A DNA stretch of 63,830 nucleotides, filler included, from Welwitschia mirabilis (taxonomy: Eukaryota): the NCBI GenBank assembly GCA_051453625.1. It is 8 parts of one record of this genome, joined end to end, with 100 filler letters (N's around TTAATTAATTAA, not from the genome) between each part and the next. Parts side by side here need not be neighbours in the genome. Positions count along the whole stretch, not along the records: positions 1 to 14,488 come from JBOZIK010000001.1; positions 14,589 to 24,436 come from JBOZIK010000001.1; 6 more parts are not named here. The stretch is one strand, 5' to 3'. Position numbers and translations under genes: made by a program. Under the pieces are notes generated by a model. That model searched no databases. It was not told the DNA's origin and saw only the letters and a list, made by a program, of their open reading frames with translations. Position 1 is the first letter of the stretch. Every line of letters begins with the position of its first letter. Shown here in pieces: positions 12,044-24,536 of the stretch.

Positions 12044-14488
12044 CTAATAAAAATTTATTCTAATACATAGATGAAATCGAGCAACTCATCCTTACTTTAG
12101 GAAATGAGAAAAATAAAATTTTAAATAGAACCTACATGATCATCTTTCCCTTTAACCTTAGAGGAAAAGCAAAAAATTGATCTAAAACCATCAAACACAA
12201 AAGCCTTTAGAGTTGCAATTAACTTTAAGAAGTCTTTATCAAATGATTCATAAATGAGATAGTCATCACAATAAGAAAAAAGGACATAAATAATTTTCAA
12301 TAATACCCATGTAAAGATTACTCCTCAAGATATGAAAGATTTTTTATGGTTATGTCATTCAACCTAGTGAATAAGTTTTCAAAAGAAGAACTTATTAATC
12401 ACTTCTATAGTGGATTGAATAGTCAAACCAATCAAATGATAGATTTTTATNNNNNNNNNNNNNNNNNNNNNNNNNNNNNNNNNNNNNNNNNNNNNNNNNN
12501 NNNNNNNNNNNNNNNNNNNNNNNNNNNNNNNNNNNNNNNNNNNNNNNNNNNNNNNNNNNNNNNNNNNNNNNNNNNNNNNNNNNNNNNNNNNNNNNNNNNN
12601 NNNNNNNNNNNNNNNNNNNNNNNNNNNNNNNNNNNNNNNNNNNNNNNNNNNNNNNNNNNNNATGTGATGAAAACTCTCATCCTACCAAATAATAATCAGC
12701 TTTACCATCTTATAGGAAGGCCATGTTTAATGAAGTTTATGCATTTAATCAAAGGACAAATAACTTTGGGGGCAACCAATAATATCCACCATGAAATTAT
12801 GATTGTTCAACATCTTTTAAACCCTTATTTAATAACAAATTCAAAAGCCATAACTCTTAGTCCAATATTTCCATCTATAATAGAAATGACTCTTGTAGAT
12901 AAATGATGGAAGAACTCAAAAATATGTAGAATACCAATAATGAAATTTTAGAAAACTAGAATAAGAATTTAAAAACTTTGATTGGGCTCCTTCAAAAACA
13001 TGCTAGGAAATTAAAGGCCATGAGGATCACTCATCACCCAAATTATTTCAAACCCAAATAATGTAAAGAAAGATTAGAAAGTAGTTATTAGAAGTGGATA
13101 TAATACTACTCCCCATTAAGAACCCTCAACTTATATCTACAAAGATAAGGAAGTATCTCAAAAAGATGATGTTGAAATTCTCTATTAATAAAACCTTTCT
13201 CCTACTATTAACTCTAAATCTAACTAGAACAACCCACACCTAAAGATAAAGACTACTCCATGGATGGATAGATTAAACATCATTATAACTTATGATGAGT
13301 ATTTGAAGGTAATTATGAATGATGTTACTATCAACTTACCCTTCTAAAAGATAATTTAAGACAGCCCCAATTACAACAAAATTTGAAAGTACTTAGTAAG
13401 AAGAAAACAAAAGAGAACAATCCCAAGTAAAGTGTTCATTGTGCAATTCATTTCTAACTTAATTTATTAAAAATGTTCTAACTTTAAAGATTCAGGAGTA
13501 GCCCCTATATGTGTTATTTTGGAATGGAATAAGAAAATGAATAAAGCATTAATAGACATACAGGCAAGTGTAAATATTATGCCACTGCATATTTGTATAA
13601 AGCTTAGATTAGAAGGAAGAATTATACCTATTAGAATAGTATTAGAATTGGCTGATGGAAAATCAAGAAACTTATAGGAATAATCAAAGACTTAATAATA
13701 CAAATTGAGAATGCTTTTTACTTGATAGATGTGATCATCATTAAGGTTAAGCAAAATAGATGATACCCTCTATTTTTAGGAAGAGCCTTTTATGCAATAG
13801 TCCATTGTGTTATTGATACTCACATGAGGATGATGGAGTGTCATATAGGCAATAAAAAGTTTAGTATTATAGTATTTAATGCCCTAAAAAAGACATAGGA
13901 ANNNNNNNNNNNNNNNNNNNNNNNNNNNNNNNNNNNNNNNNNNNNNNNNNNNNTCATTTATAATAAAGACTTATTTCATTACATAACTCTACTGTATTTC
14001 ATGATGAAAAGAAATCTTCTATTATTCTTAAATTTTTAAACTCCTCTAATCCTTACAATCGCAACTTAGATCTCTTAAACTACTCTTCCAATGATGATTT
14101 TCATGAGACATTTAAGTCCATACTTAATCATTATGTCTAACATGTAAGGTTCATTAAAAATATTTTACATCAAGATAGATATTCCATAACTATAAAGGAT
14201 GAAAATGATTTCAACTTAAAGACTTAATTAATTATTTAAAGTACATTTTCTTAAAAAGAAATCTTAGTAAGCCATTGATCATTAGTCTCAACTTCATCCT
14301 TCCCAAAAAAAAAAAAAAAAATTCCATAATTCAACATCTTGCTTGGACTCATAAAGAATTTAGTACTATTCCTTATATTATTTAATACAAAATTTACATA
14401 GACAAAAATGCTAAATCATTAGATAACCACAAAGAAGGCTTACTCTTACCCTATAGCCAAGGATGAAAGCATTACAATTATGGACACA
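12044..14488 (+). pseudogene. Athila-like gag, protease and start of RT (remnant)
   Basis: YIDEIEQLILTL...IFPFNLRGKAK, then FYSGLNSQTNQMIDF (ORF 12346), then protease KALIDIQASVNIMPLHIC...LELADGKSR...PLFLGRAF at about 13540-13800. Many stops. Confidence 0.8.
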
Positions 14489-14588
14489 NNNNNNNNNNNN
14501 NNNNNNNNNNNNNNNNNNNNNNNNNNNNNNNNTTAATTAATTAANNNNNNNNNNNNNNNNNNNNNNNNNNNNNNNNNNNNNNNNNNNN
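14489..14588. other. Artificial assembly linker N44-TTAATTAATTAA-N44 (also 24437-24536, 29953-30052, 33077-33176, 37186-37285, 57821-57920, 60468-60567)
   Basis: Seven identical 100-bp blocks with a stop-in-all-frames 12-mer centred between two runs of 44 N. Confidence 0.95.
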
Positions 14589-16200
14589 AGGATGCACATT
14601 TTTAAAGAACCTGTTGTTCCTTTAAGGCCTAAGATCAAGGCCTCTTAGACCCCAGAGATCCTTCATCTCTTGCACTACATCAACTCACAGACTCATTACA
14701 TCAAGGAGACACTCATTGCTAATGTTGTTTCAGTCGCTGACATCTCTCAGAGTGAGAGTGCTCAGTCTTCTGAGTCTGATTAAGTGTATGTGTCTTTTTC
14801 TTTATTTTCTAGTCTTTTGTTGTACTCCCTATCCTTGATTTCATTAAAAAGAAGAGAATAATTTGTATTGTATTCATGTTGTCACATTTTATCACTTCTT
14901 TGTATTGTATAAGCAAAATTGCATCTTTCGTGATGTAATGCAATTTTTTTTGAGTAATATAAAGAAGTCTTTTTTCCTATGAAAATCTCTTTGCTCTTTA
15001 CTAATTTTGTTTTATGAAAAACTTGTATAAATTTAATTGATTTTGAAGTTAAATGAGTTAGAGGGAAAACCCATATGTCAAATTATTATTTTTTCTCAAT
15101 CAATGACAAAGGGAGAGTTTATTAAGAACCAATTATCATTGATTAATGTAATGAGTTTTTTTAATTAGTCCATTATGCAGNNNNNNNNNNNNNNNNNNNN
15201 NNNNNNNNNNNNNNNNNNNNNNNNNNNNNNNNNNNNNNNNNNNNNNNNNNNNNNNNNNNNNNNNNNNNNNNNNNNNNNNNNNNNNNNNNNNNNNNNNNNN
15301 NNNNNNNNNNNNNNNNNNNNNNNNNNNNNNNNNNNNNNNNNNNNNNNNNNNNNNNNNNNNNNNNNNNNNNNNNNNNNNNNNNNNNNNNNNNNNNNNNNNN
15401 NGACAGACTAATTTATACATATGACCGCATGACAATCAACAAAGCCTGAATCTAGTGAATGTAAGGATGACTGAAGGACATAATTATAGGCAATCACATT
15501 CTACCTAGAATCTCCTCTCATAAGGTTAATCAAGTAATAAATGTCAGGATAACTGAGTAAAGGTCAACTCCATATAAACATAAGGGAAATCAAATATGCA
15601 TCTATTCTATACTGAGAAATCTGCAACAAACAAGGGTAACCAAATATTAGAAATAAGGACGACTACATGTTCGGGTAACTAAGTGCTATATCAAGGTTAA
15701 CCACACGAGGTAAAAATATAATTGTTATGTTTTTAATAGTTTATTAAAAAGAGTGCAATGGTTTGCTTGATCCTTATCAAATGGTTACCTTGTGCATCCT
15801 TAGTATTTAAGATCTCTTCCAATCAAAAAGAAACATAAGGTTCCTTATAAGATCAGAGATTGAAAAAGAAGAATTTTCATACTCTTTTAGCATTGTATCT
15901 GAGCTAGTTTCAAGTCTAGATTTCTAATTGAATCTATTATTACACCTACTTAGAAGAAGAGATTGTTGTACTCTAAGAGAAAATCTGTGCATCTAAGCAT
16001 TCTTCTTTCTTTCATCCATCTGTGATTGAGGATTAGCCATAAAATCCTTTGATGTTATGAACTCTATAAAGTTTCATTCAAAAGGTAGTGGTTATGGTAA
16101 TATCCAAAATTTAGGTTCTTAGAATAATGAATATCAAGGTTAAAAGCTACTTAGAAATGAATTCACCTTCTCTCACTCCACAAACACACCCAAATCTTTA
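14589..16200 (+). mobile_element. Sirevirus-like copia 3' region with multiple PPTs, plus LTR (15120 to about 16200)
   Basis: Purine tracts AAAAAGAAGAGAA (about 14846), GTTAGAGGGAAAAC (about 15057) and CAATCAATGACAAAGGGAGAG-TT (15097-15119) precede TATTAAG. The LTR has TTAGCCATAAAATCC, like the reverse complement of 6350-6380, and ends ATTCACCTTCTCTC...CAAATCTTTA. Confidence 0.6.
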
Positions 16201-16869
16201 AAATTGAAATGGTCCAATGGGAATACCAAGAGTTTAGGAAATAAGTAATGCTTCTAATAATACTATAAACAGCACCAATACCATAGCCTTAAAGTTTATT
16301 ATAACTTATTTCCTAATGAGGGAAGTGCAACCATAGTTAGATGCATAAGGATCTATGAAGCATAATCAACTAATCCTCAAATGGAGTTCTCATGGATATC
16401 AACACTGCTAAAGATTCCTCCTAAAAAAATTTACCTCAGTGTGGTAGAACATTATGATGACTGAAGATGAATAAGTAAGATAAAAGACAGAAAATAACAC
16501 TACCAAATAAGTCAAGATCTTAATACCATTCAAAAAGTATAAAAATTAAGGCATCTTTCTTTAAGTAAAGTTCCTAGACATGGAAATGTCTCAAGATTAG
16601 ATGAATCTAATCTTACCATTGCAAAATACCCAAGTATGAATATTAATAATGGAACTTCATAAAGTAATACATAAGTCAAGTTTAAAATATGATCAAGTAA
16701 CATCATAATATCAATCAAAAGAGAAGGCTNNNNNNNNNNNNNNNNNNNNNNNNNNNNNNNNNNNNNNNNNNNNNNNNNNNNNNNNNNNNNNNNNNNNNNN
16801 NNNNNNNNNNNNNNNNNNNNNNNNNNNNNTCAATCAAAGGAGTATACTAAGAAAGAACTTAGATAATGA

Positions 16870-18170
16870 TAAGGAGGAAGGAGGATCTACATATCTCTTC
16901 ATTAATCTTCTAAATCTCTCTAATTTTTAAGTTTAAAATCTCAACTAAGCCATTAGAATGCATTGTCTCTACAAGGTAAGGACCTAACCATTTAGATGTC
17001 AAATTGTTATTCAAAAGATGAAGTCTATTTTTGTGTAATAAAACAAGTTGACTAGATTCAAACTTTTTATGAAATTTTTTTTTAATCATGTTTGAACTNN
17101 NNNNNNNNNNNNNNNNNNNNNNNNNNNNNNNNNNNNNNNNNNTGTTTTATTATCAAGATGTTATAATTAGGATAATCTATGTTTAATATTTTCATGAAGG
17201 TACACAAGATTAAGGTAATGGAAAGTATGATAATAATCATAGCATACATTAATAGATAATACATGAAATTTACTATACACAAGTTTATAAGGTGAAAAAC
17301 CAATAGAAGTATACCAAGTAGTATGGTAAGCTCAAAGTACATCATTAATTTTAGAAGCCTAAGACTTTTTAGTAATAGAAACAAGTTTTTATAACATTTT
17401 ATTTATTTCTTTATTGCCATTNNNNNNNNNNNNNNNNNNNNNNNNNNNNNNNNNNNNNNNNNNNNNNNNNNNNNNNNNNNNNNNNNNNNNNNNNNNNNNN
17501 NNNNNNNNNNNNNNNNAAGAAGTATCCTGATCACTAATGACAACTCTAAGAAAACTAAATCTCTAAAAAATATGAGTTTTAACTAAATGACAAACATTTT
17601 GAGCATCATTCAAATAAGTAGGTATGGCTTTAACCCATTTAGTCACATAATTCATAGTCACTAAAATGTAATGCTTATTAGAAGAAGGGGGATGAATAGG
17701 GCCTATGAAATCAATAGCCCAATAATTAAAAGGCTCACACTTGAGAATAGTTGTAAGGGGCATTTCTTGTGAACAAACAAGGCTATCATGATGCTAACAA
17801 GAATCACATCTTCTAGTAAAATGAAAAGAATCCCAAAAAAAGTAGGTCAATAAAAACTAGAATGGATGATTTTCATTATTGTTTTATGTCCACTAAAGTA
17901 TCTTCCAAAAATACCTTTATAACAAATATAAAGGATTTCAGGCATTTCTCAATTAGACACACAGTTTCTCATAATTTAGTCTTTCCACTTATGGTATAAA
18001 TGTGGCTTTATACACTCAGAGTCACTTATTCTATGGGGAAAAAATTTACATTCATTATAGATCCAATGTTGTGGTGTTTCTATGGTTACAAGATAATTAA
18101 CAATATCTGCATATCAAGGAGGAGGATAAGAAGAAGATACAGTAAAAAGTCACTTATCAAGAAAGGAATC
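16870..18170 (-). pseudogene. Integrase remnant (Athila-type, no chromodomain)
   Basis: MPLTTILKCEPFNYWAIDFIGPIHPPSSNKHYILVTMNYVTKWVKAIP (ORF 17563..17763) and C-terminal NNNLTSKWLGPYLV. Confidence 0.9.
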
Positions 18171-18199
18171 ACCAATGATAAAATCATCAAGAGGAGAAG

Positions 18200-18656
18200 A
18201 AAGATGAGACAAATGATCAGCAACACAGTTATACTTCCCTACATTATCTATGATGGTCAAATTAAACTCTTGCATAAGAAGGATTCATTTAATCAGACAA
18301 GAACTAGACTCTTTCTTGAGGTAATGAATAGCAGCATGATCTATACAAACATTGGCATGAAAGCCTAAAAGATAATGTCTAAGAAAATCAAGGCAAATGA
18401 TAATGACTAGAATCTCTTTCTCTATAGTGGTATAATTCATTTGAGCTCTAGATAAAGATTTTCTATGATAAGATATAACTTTAAAATCATTTTTACATTT
18501 CTAATAAAGTACCCCATTCACGGTAAAGTTACTCGCATCACACATTAATTCAAATTCTTTTTCCTAATTAGATCCTATTACTATAGGAGTATAAGAAATT
18601 TTACTTTTAAGACTATTAAAAGTAAGCTAACAAGATTCATTCCATTCAACTTTTAC
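18200..18656 (-). pseudogene. RNase H remnant
   Basis: KEFELMCDASNFTVNGVL...SRAQMNYTTIEKEIL, matching the Athila RH motif FE(I/L)MCDAS...NYTTTEKE. Confidence 0.85.
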
Positions 18657-18724
18657 NNNNNNNNNNNNNNNNNNNNNNNNNNNNNNNNNNNNNNNNNNNN
18701 NNNNNNNNNNNNNNNNNNNNNNNN

Positions 18725-19429
18725 AAGATCTAACCTGTTTAACATTTATAAGAGGATTTAGGTTTTGAATGATACCAAATTCTGAAGCGTTTATTCTAAT
18801 CCCCTCTTTTAGGATATGGTGAACTAAAACAATTTCACTTTTAATAAGAAATAAACTCTTTTTTCAACTTAAGTGTAGGCCATTAGAAATGCAACAGTTA
18901 AGGACTTTCTCTAATTATTATAAAATTTTTCAAATGTTTTAGTATAAATAGAGAAGTAATTCATAAAAATATTAATAAAATTTTTATTCATGTCAAAAAA
19001 ATTCCCATCATAACACATTAAAAAGTACCAAGAGCATTACAAAGTCTAAAAGACATGTCTCAAAAAGTGAAAGTATTAAAAGGAGAAGTAAAAGTAGTTT
19101 TGGTTTAGTCCTCACTAGCAATACAAACGTGGTTGTAACTACTATAATTATCAAGAAAATAGTAAAAAGCATGACCCTAAGTTCTATCAAGTCTTTGATC
19201 AAAAAAAGATAAATAACAATGGTCTTTTATAGTTACTTCATTTAGTTTTCTAAAATTTATGCACATCCTTCATTTCCCATCTTTCTTAGGAACTACCATT
19301 AAAGAGCTAACCCACTCATTATCAGCTATTAAATAAATAATTTTAGCATCCATTAATTTTATGATTTGATCTTTAATAATTTGTTTAAGAGCTAGATTAA
19401 GTCTATGTTGGGGTTTCCTCATAGGTTTT
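18725..19429 (-). pseudogene. Reverse transcriptase remnant
   Basis: KPMRKPQHRLN...IIKLMDAKIIYLIADNEWVSSLMVVPKKDGK*RMCINFRKLNEVTIKDH...FLDNYSSYNH...TKTTFTSPF...MSFRLCNALGTF. Confidence 0.9.
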
Positions 19430-20724
19430 NNNNNNNNNNNNNNNNNNNNNNNNNNNNNNNNNNNNNNNNNNNNNNNNNNNNNNNNNNNNNNNNNNNNNNN
19501 NNNNNNNNNNNNNNNNNNNNNNNNNNNNNNNNNNNNNNNNNNNNNNNNNNNNNNNNNNNNNNNNNNNNNNNNNNNNNNNNNNNNNNNNNNNNNNNNNNNN
19601 NNNNNNNNNNNNNNNNNNNNNNNNNNNNNNNNNNNNNNNNNNNNNNNNNNNNNNNNNNNNNNNNNNNNNNNNNNNNNNNNNCTTAATAAAACTAACTATT
19701 ATCTGAGACTATCATCTAGACAGTAGTAGTGGATAACCACTCTTAAAATAGAAAATATCAGTTTTAGTAAAATCTTTGACTTCTACATAGTTGACAAACT
19801 TAGACTCTCTACTCTTTAGATCAAAAAAATCAGTTTCTAGATGGTCAAATCAAGTTGATCTTCAAAAATACATAAGTTATTTACTTTTGAGTAGTCATCA
19901 AATAGTGTTNNNNNNNNNNNNNNNNNNNNNNNNNNNNNNNNNNNNNNNNNNNNNNNNNNNNNNNNNNNNNNNNNNNNNNNNNNNNNNNNNNNNNNNNNNN
20001 NNNNNNNNNNNNNNNNNNNNNNNNNNNNNNNNNNNNNNNNNNNNNNNNNNNNNNNNNNNNNNNNNNNNNNNNNNNNNNNNNNNNNNNNNNNNNNNNNNNN
20101 NNNNNNNNNNNNNNNNNNNNNNNNNNNNNNNNNNNNNNNNNNNNNNNNNNNNNNNNNNNNNNNNNNNNNNNNNNNNNNNNNNNNNNNNNNNNNNNNNNNN
20201 NNNNNNNNNNNNNNNNNNNNNNNNNNNNNNNNNNNNNNNNNNNNNNNNNNNNNNNNNNNNNNNNNNNNNNNNNNNNNNNNNNNNNNNNNNNNNNNNNNNN
20301 NNNNNNNNNNNNNNNNNNNNNNNNNNNNNNNNNNNNNNNNNNNNNNNNNNNNNNNNNNNNNNNNNNNNNNNNNNNNNNNNNNNNNNNNNNNNNNNNNNNN
20401 NNNNNNNNNNNNNNNNNNNNNNNNNNNNNNNNNNNNNNNNNNNNNNNNNNNNNNNNNNNNNNNNNNNNNNNNNNNNNNNNNNNNNNNNNNNNNNNNNNNN
20501 NNNNNNNNNNNNNNNNNNNNNNNNNNNNNNNNNNNNNNNNNNNNNNNNNNNNNNNNNNNNNNNNNNNNNNNNNNNNNNNNNNNNNNNNNNNNNNNNNNNN
20601 NNNNNNNNNNNNNNNNNNNNNNNNNNNNNNNNNNNNNNNNNNNNNNNNNNNNNNNNNNNNNNNNNNNNNNNNNNNNNNNNNNNNNNNNNNNNNNNNNNNN
20701 NNNNNNNNNNNNNNNNNNNNNNNN

Positions 20725-22010
20725 GTTTCCAATTGTTGTTACCACCTTACAATCTTTTCTAACTTCATTTAGATTTGGTAAACTTTTAAGTGGTAAGAGG
20801 CCCTTGTGGTCTTTGGTTATTAAGCATAGTTTATTATAAAATATTAATAAGGTTTTAAATTTTGGATTTTGCTTTTTCTTATATTTTTCTTAACTCTTTA
20901 ATAGAATTCATAAGAGGGTCATTTTGGTTTTGGGAGTTAGATAAGCTTATTTGATTGTTTGAATTATTAGATTAAAATTTCATGTTCTCAAATCTATTCT
21001 NNNNNNNNNNNNNNNNNNNNNNNNNNNNNNNNNNNNNNNNNNNNNNNNNNNNNNNNNNNNNNNNNNNNNNNNNNNNNNNNNNNNNNNNNNNNNNNNNNNN
21101 NNNNNNNNNNNNNNNNNNNNNNNNNNNNNNNNNNNNNNNNNNNNNNNNNNNNNNNNNNNNNNNNNNNNNNNNNNNNNNNNNNNNNNNNNNNNNNNNNNNN
21201 NNNNNNNNNNNNNNNNNNNNNNNNNNNNNNNNNNNNNNNNNNNNNNNNNTTTATTGCCACCTTTGCATCTAGAATCATTTGAGTGTACTTTTCCAAGGTT
21301 GAATTAAAATTATTTATGATATTTGTTGGTTTATTTTCAGCTCTTATTTTATTTTTTTCATGTTTTAACTTCTTAATATCTTTAATGATTTGTCTATAGT
21401 TTAGTTTGCTCTAGATGAAGGTTTAGATCATGGTTGACTCACTTCTACCAATTCTTCCAATACTTTCTAAGCATTTTTTAAGGTTAAGTTCAACAAATTA
21501 CCTCCACATGAAAAGTCTATTAGTTACTTTGTTTAACTGTCTAATCCACTATAAAAGTAATATATTAGTTTTTCTTATGAAAAGGCATATATAGGGTTTA
21601 AATGTAAAGCAACAAATGATTTCTCATAGGTAGAGGCATAGTCTTCATTAGGCCTTTGTTGGAAGTTGATAATTTATTTCTTACATTTTTGAATGACGGT
21701 TTCACTCAAAAATCTCTTAACAAAGTCTTTTTGAATTTGACTTCATGATTTTAGGCTTTTTTGAGGAATTGTTCTTAACCATAGTTTATCATTATATTTT
21801 AAAGTGATGTGAAAGATGACCATGTATATTCTATTACTTATGCATTTTTTACCATTTCCAGAAGTGAAGACTAATTGTTCTATATCAGCAATGTGTTATA
21901 AGGAATCTTCATCAGGTTTACCTCTAAAAATAGGATATGCATTCAAGTTCCTTAGTTTAACATCACCAACTAGAGGTAAGTAAAAGAGGGTTTGAATTTT
22001 ATGTTTCTTA
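20725..22010 (-). pseudogene. gag: gag remnant
   Basis: Reverse complement is colinear with 5280-5990 (NLNAYPIFRGKPDEDSL*HIADIEQLV...YFYSGLDS*TK*LIDFSCGGNL). Confidence 0.85.
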
Positions 22011-23919
22011 TTTGCANNNNNNNNNNATAAGTGTAGTTGTAGGTGTTCCAATGACAAGAGATGAATTTGATGAGATGATTTACTTTTGTTTCTATGATGA
22101 GGTAGACATGGTTATAAATAAAAAACTATCATTAACACAAACATTTAAAAAAAAATCATTTGAAAAAATTAACTTTGAAGAAATGAAAGTAGATATTATA
22201 GGAATTTCTAAATTTTATGTGCCTTTATTGTGCTTACCTGAATTAGTTTCTAGATCAATCAGATCTTCTCAGATATTTTCCTTAATAAATAGCTATTTTC
22301 TTTGGTATTTTTTTTCTTACTAGATTTTACATACATGCTCAGTTTAAGATGCATAGAGTGTCATCCTATAGTCATTTGAATGATAGTCTAGATGACAAAA
22401 ATACAGAGGCCATAAAAAAGGGGAAAAATAAAAAACAAAAATGAAAAACTAACAGACACAGAAAATTCTGAAAGCAGACTATCATCCACCTAAGTTGTCT
22501 GGAAAATAGAGAGGATGATGAAAAGAACCTTTAAAAAAAATTTGATAGACTGAAAATAGAAAACTCATGGCATAGAAGTTGTCATCACTGCACATCATCT
22601 AGACAATTAAAGTAGGTGACAAACTTTTCATTATAGAATAGAAAATACTTTTATTTAAAAGTAGAAAAATGACACTATAAAAAGAAAAAAACCTATGCTA
22701 CTATAGATAAAAGTGCAATGCTACTATAGGCAAGTACCTAAACTGAAATCCAAAATACTCGTCAGAGCAATGACAACTCTTGAACTCCAAGCAATCTTTC
22801 TTTGGTAATGACACCAAGATGTTATTATGTGTATTTCTATAATTTTATATCCTTAGTTTAGTCAAATCATGTTAATTAAAAATATAATGCATAAACACAA
22901 TATACTAATATAGACAAGAGTGATGTGAATGTTGTAATCCGTTGAAGACCAAGTTAGAAATAAGAGAGTTAATTTTCACAAGAAAATACTTTGTACTCTA
23001 ACTATAGAAATAGCTTGTAATGCATGNNNNNNNNNNNNNNNNNNNNNNNNNNNNNNNNNNNNNNNNNNNNNNNNNNNNNNNNNNNNNNNNNNNNNNNNNN
23101 NNNNNNNNNNNNNNNNNNNNNNNNNNNNNNNNNNNNNNNNNNNNNNNNNNNNNNNNNNNNNNNNNNNNNNNNNNNNNNNNNNNNNNNNNNNNNNNNNNNN
23201 NNNNNNNNNNNNNNNNNNNNNNNNNNNNNNNNNNNNNNNNNNNNNNNNNNNNNNNNNNNNGCATCTTAATAGAGGAAGCACCATTCAACACTAAGGAAGA
23301 TATCTCTCTACAACTACAAAAATGGATATCTAATCCTTCAATCTTCTATCATGAAAATTTCTAGTGTAAGTGAAGAGAAGAAAGAGTCGAGGATAAGATC
23401 AATGTTTATTGGCATACAAGAACACAATAAGACAAACAGACAAGCACAAATAAAACTCTAATGAGTACACCAAAAGAAATAGATAGATAGTTGGCAAAAA
23501 TTTGATGAATTTCTAGTGCAGATGTTACAACAGTATCATCTGGCTAGTCATCTAGATGATAAAAGATATGATGCCATCTCATAAATTATCCACATCAATT
23601 TCTGAATTGATTATAGTCAGCATCCCTATTGACATGAATAGCTTTATTATCCATATAGTCATCTGGATGATAAGGTGGACGATGGGCTTTTACAAATGTT
23701 CTATTAATGCATCAGCCTTAATGTTTTACAAGAAGTTGTCTTAAAAATGTAAAGTATTAAGAATTACTCAAAATATTGTAAATCATCATGGAGATTACAT
23801 GTTTTCATATTTTTCATCTCAGTTCTCCATTTTCATAGAAATCAATCATTTACCTATTTATTAACCTGTAAAACTACTCAAAATACCCTATCAAATATGC
23901 ATACATTAGCAATGCAACA

Positions 23920-24436
23920 CAAGTCATCCTTCGATGAGTTTGATTAGATTTGTGCTTTTAGTTATATTTGTTTCTTTCTTCCACTTTATAGCTTATTTGT
24001 CATTGATGACAAATGAAAAGAGAGAAAACAAATAGTAGTATTATATACTATTATGCTAAAACTAACATAGTATTTGTTCTATTGTTATGTTATGAAATGC
24101 TTTATAGTTACAAGTTCTTTTTTTTGAACTAATTACATGTATTATAATTTTTTTCTAGTTATGATAGCATGCTTTTTATTCTCATACATTTTATAGCCTG
24201 TAATTATTTTATAATAATTATTGCTCCACCAAGATAATAATTTTCTTACATTTATGTCTTTCAATATCTAATACCTATACAAACTAATTTCACTAGAAAA
24301 ATATATGTATCTAAGTGGAGCACATATTAAGAGGAGCACAATAGTTATTATTTTGTGATAACACTAGTAATTTAGTTATCATCAATAATAAAGAGGGAGA
24401 TTATCATATCTCTTAGTTATATACTAAGGACACACT
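23920..24436 (+). mobile_element. Sirevirus-like multi-PPT 3' junction and LTR start (24402)
   Basis: TTGTCATTGATGACAAATGAAAAGAGAGAAAAC, AAGTGGAGCAC, AAGAGGAGCAC and terminal TTATCATCAATAATAAAGAGGGAGAT-TATC resemble decayed SIRE PPTs (TTGTCATCA...AAAAAGGGGGAGATTG). Confidence 0.65.
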
Positions 24437-24536
24437 NNNNNNNNNNNNNNNNNNNNNNNNNNNNNNNNNNNNNNNNNNNNTTAATTAATTAANNNNNNNN
24501 NNNNNNNNNNNNNNNNNNNNNNNNNNNNNNNNNNNN

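Larger units (their letters stand above)
16201..23919 (-). mobile_element. Most complete Athila-like element in the window (5' LTR, PBS, gag, RT, RH, INT, start of 3' UTR); degenerate
   Basis: Domain order is gypsy-type. LTR 22820-23919 starts TGTTGCATTGCTAATGTATGCATATTTGATAGGG. PBS TGGTGTCATTACCAAAGA at 22799-22816. The protease region probably lies in the 19910-20724 gap. Confidence 0.85.

Noticed and set aside
19791..20762. Long ORFs in the ORF track (also 26094, 28571, 31752, 35435, 51175, 54212, 58778)
   Set aside because: They are open only because they run through Ns.
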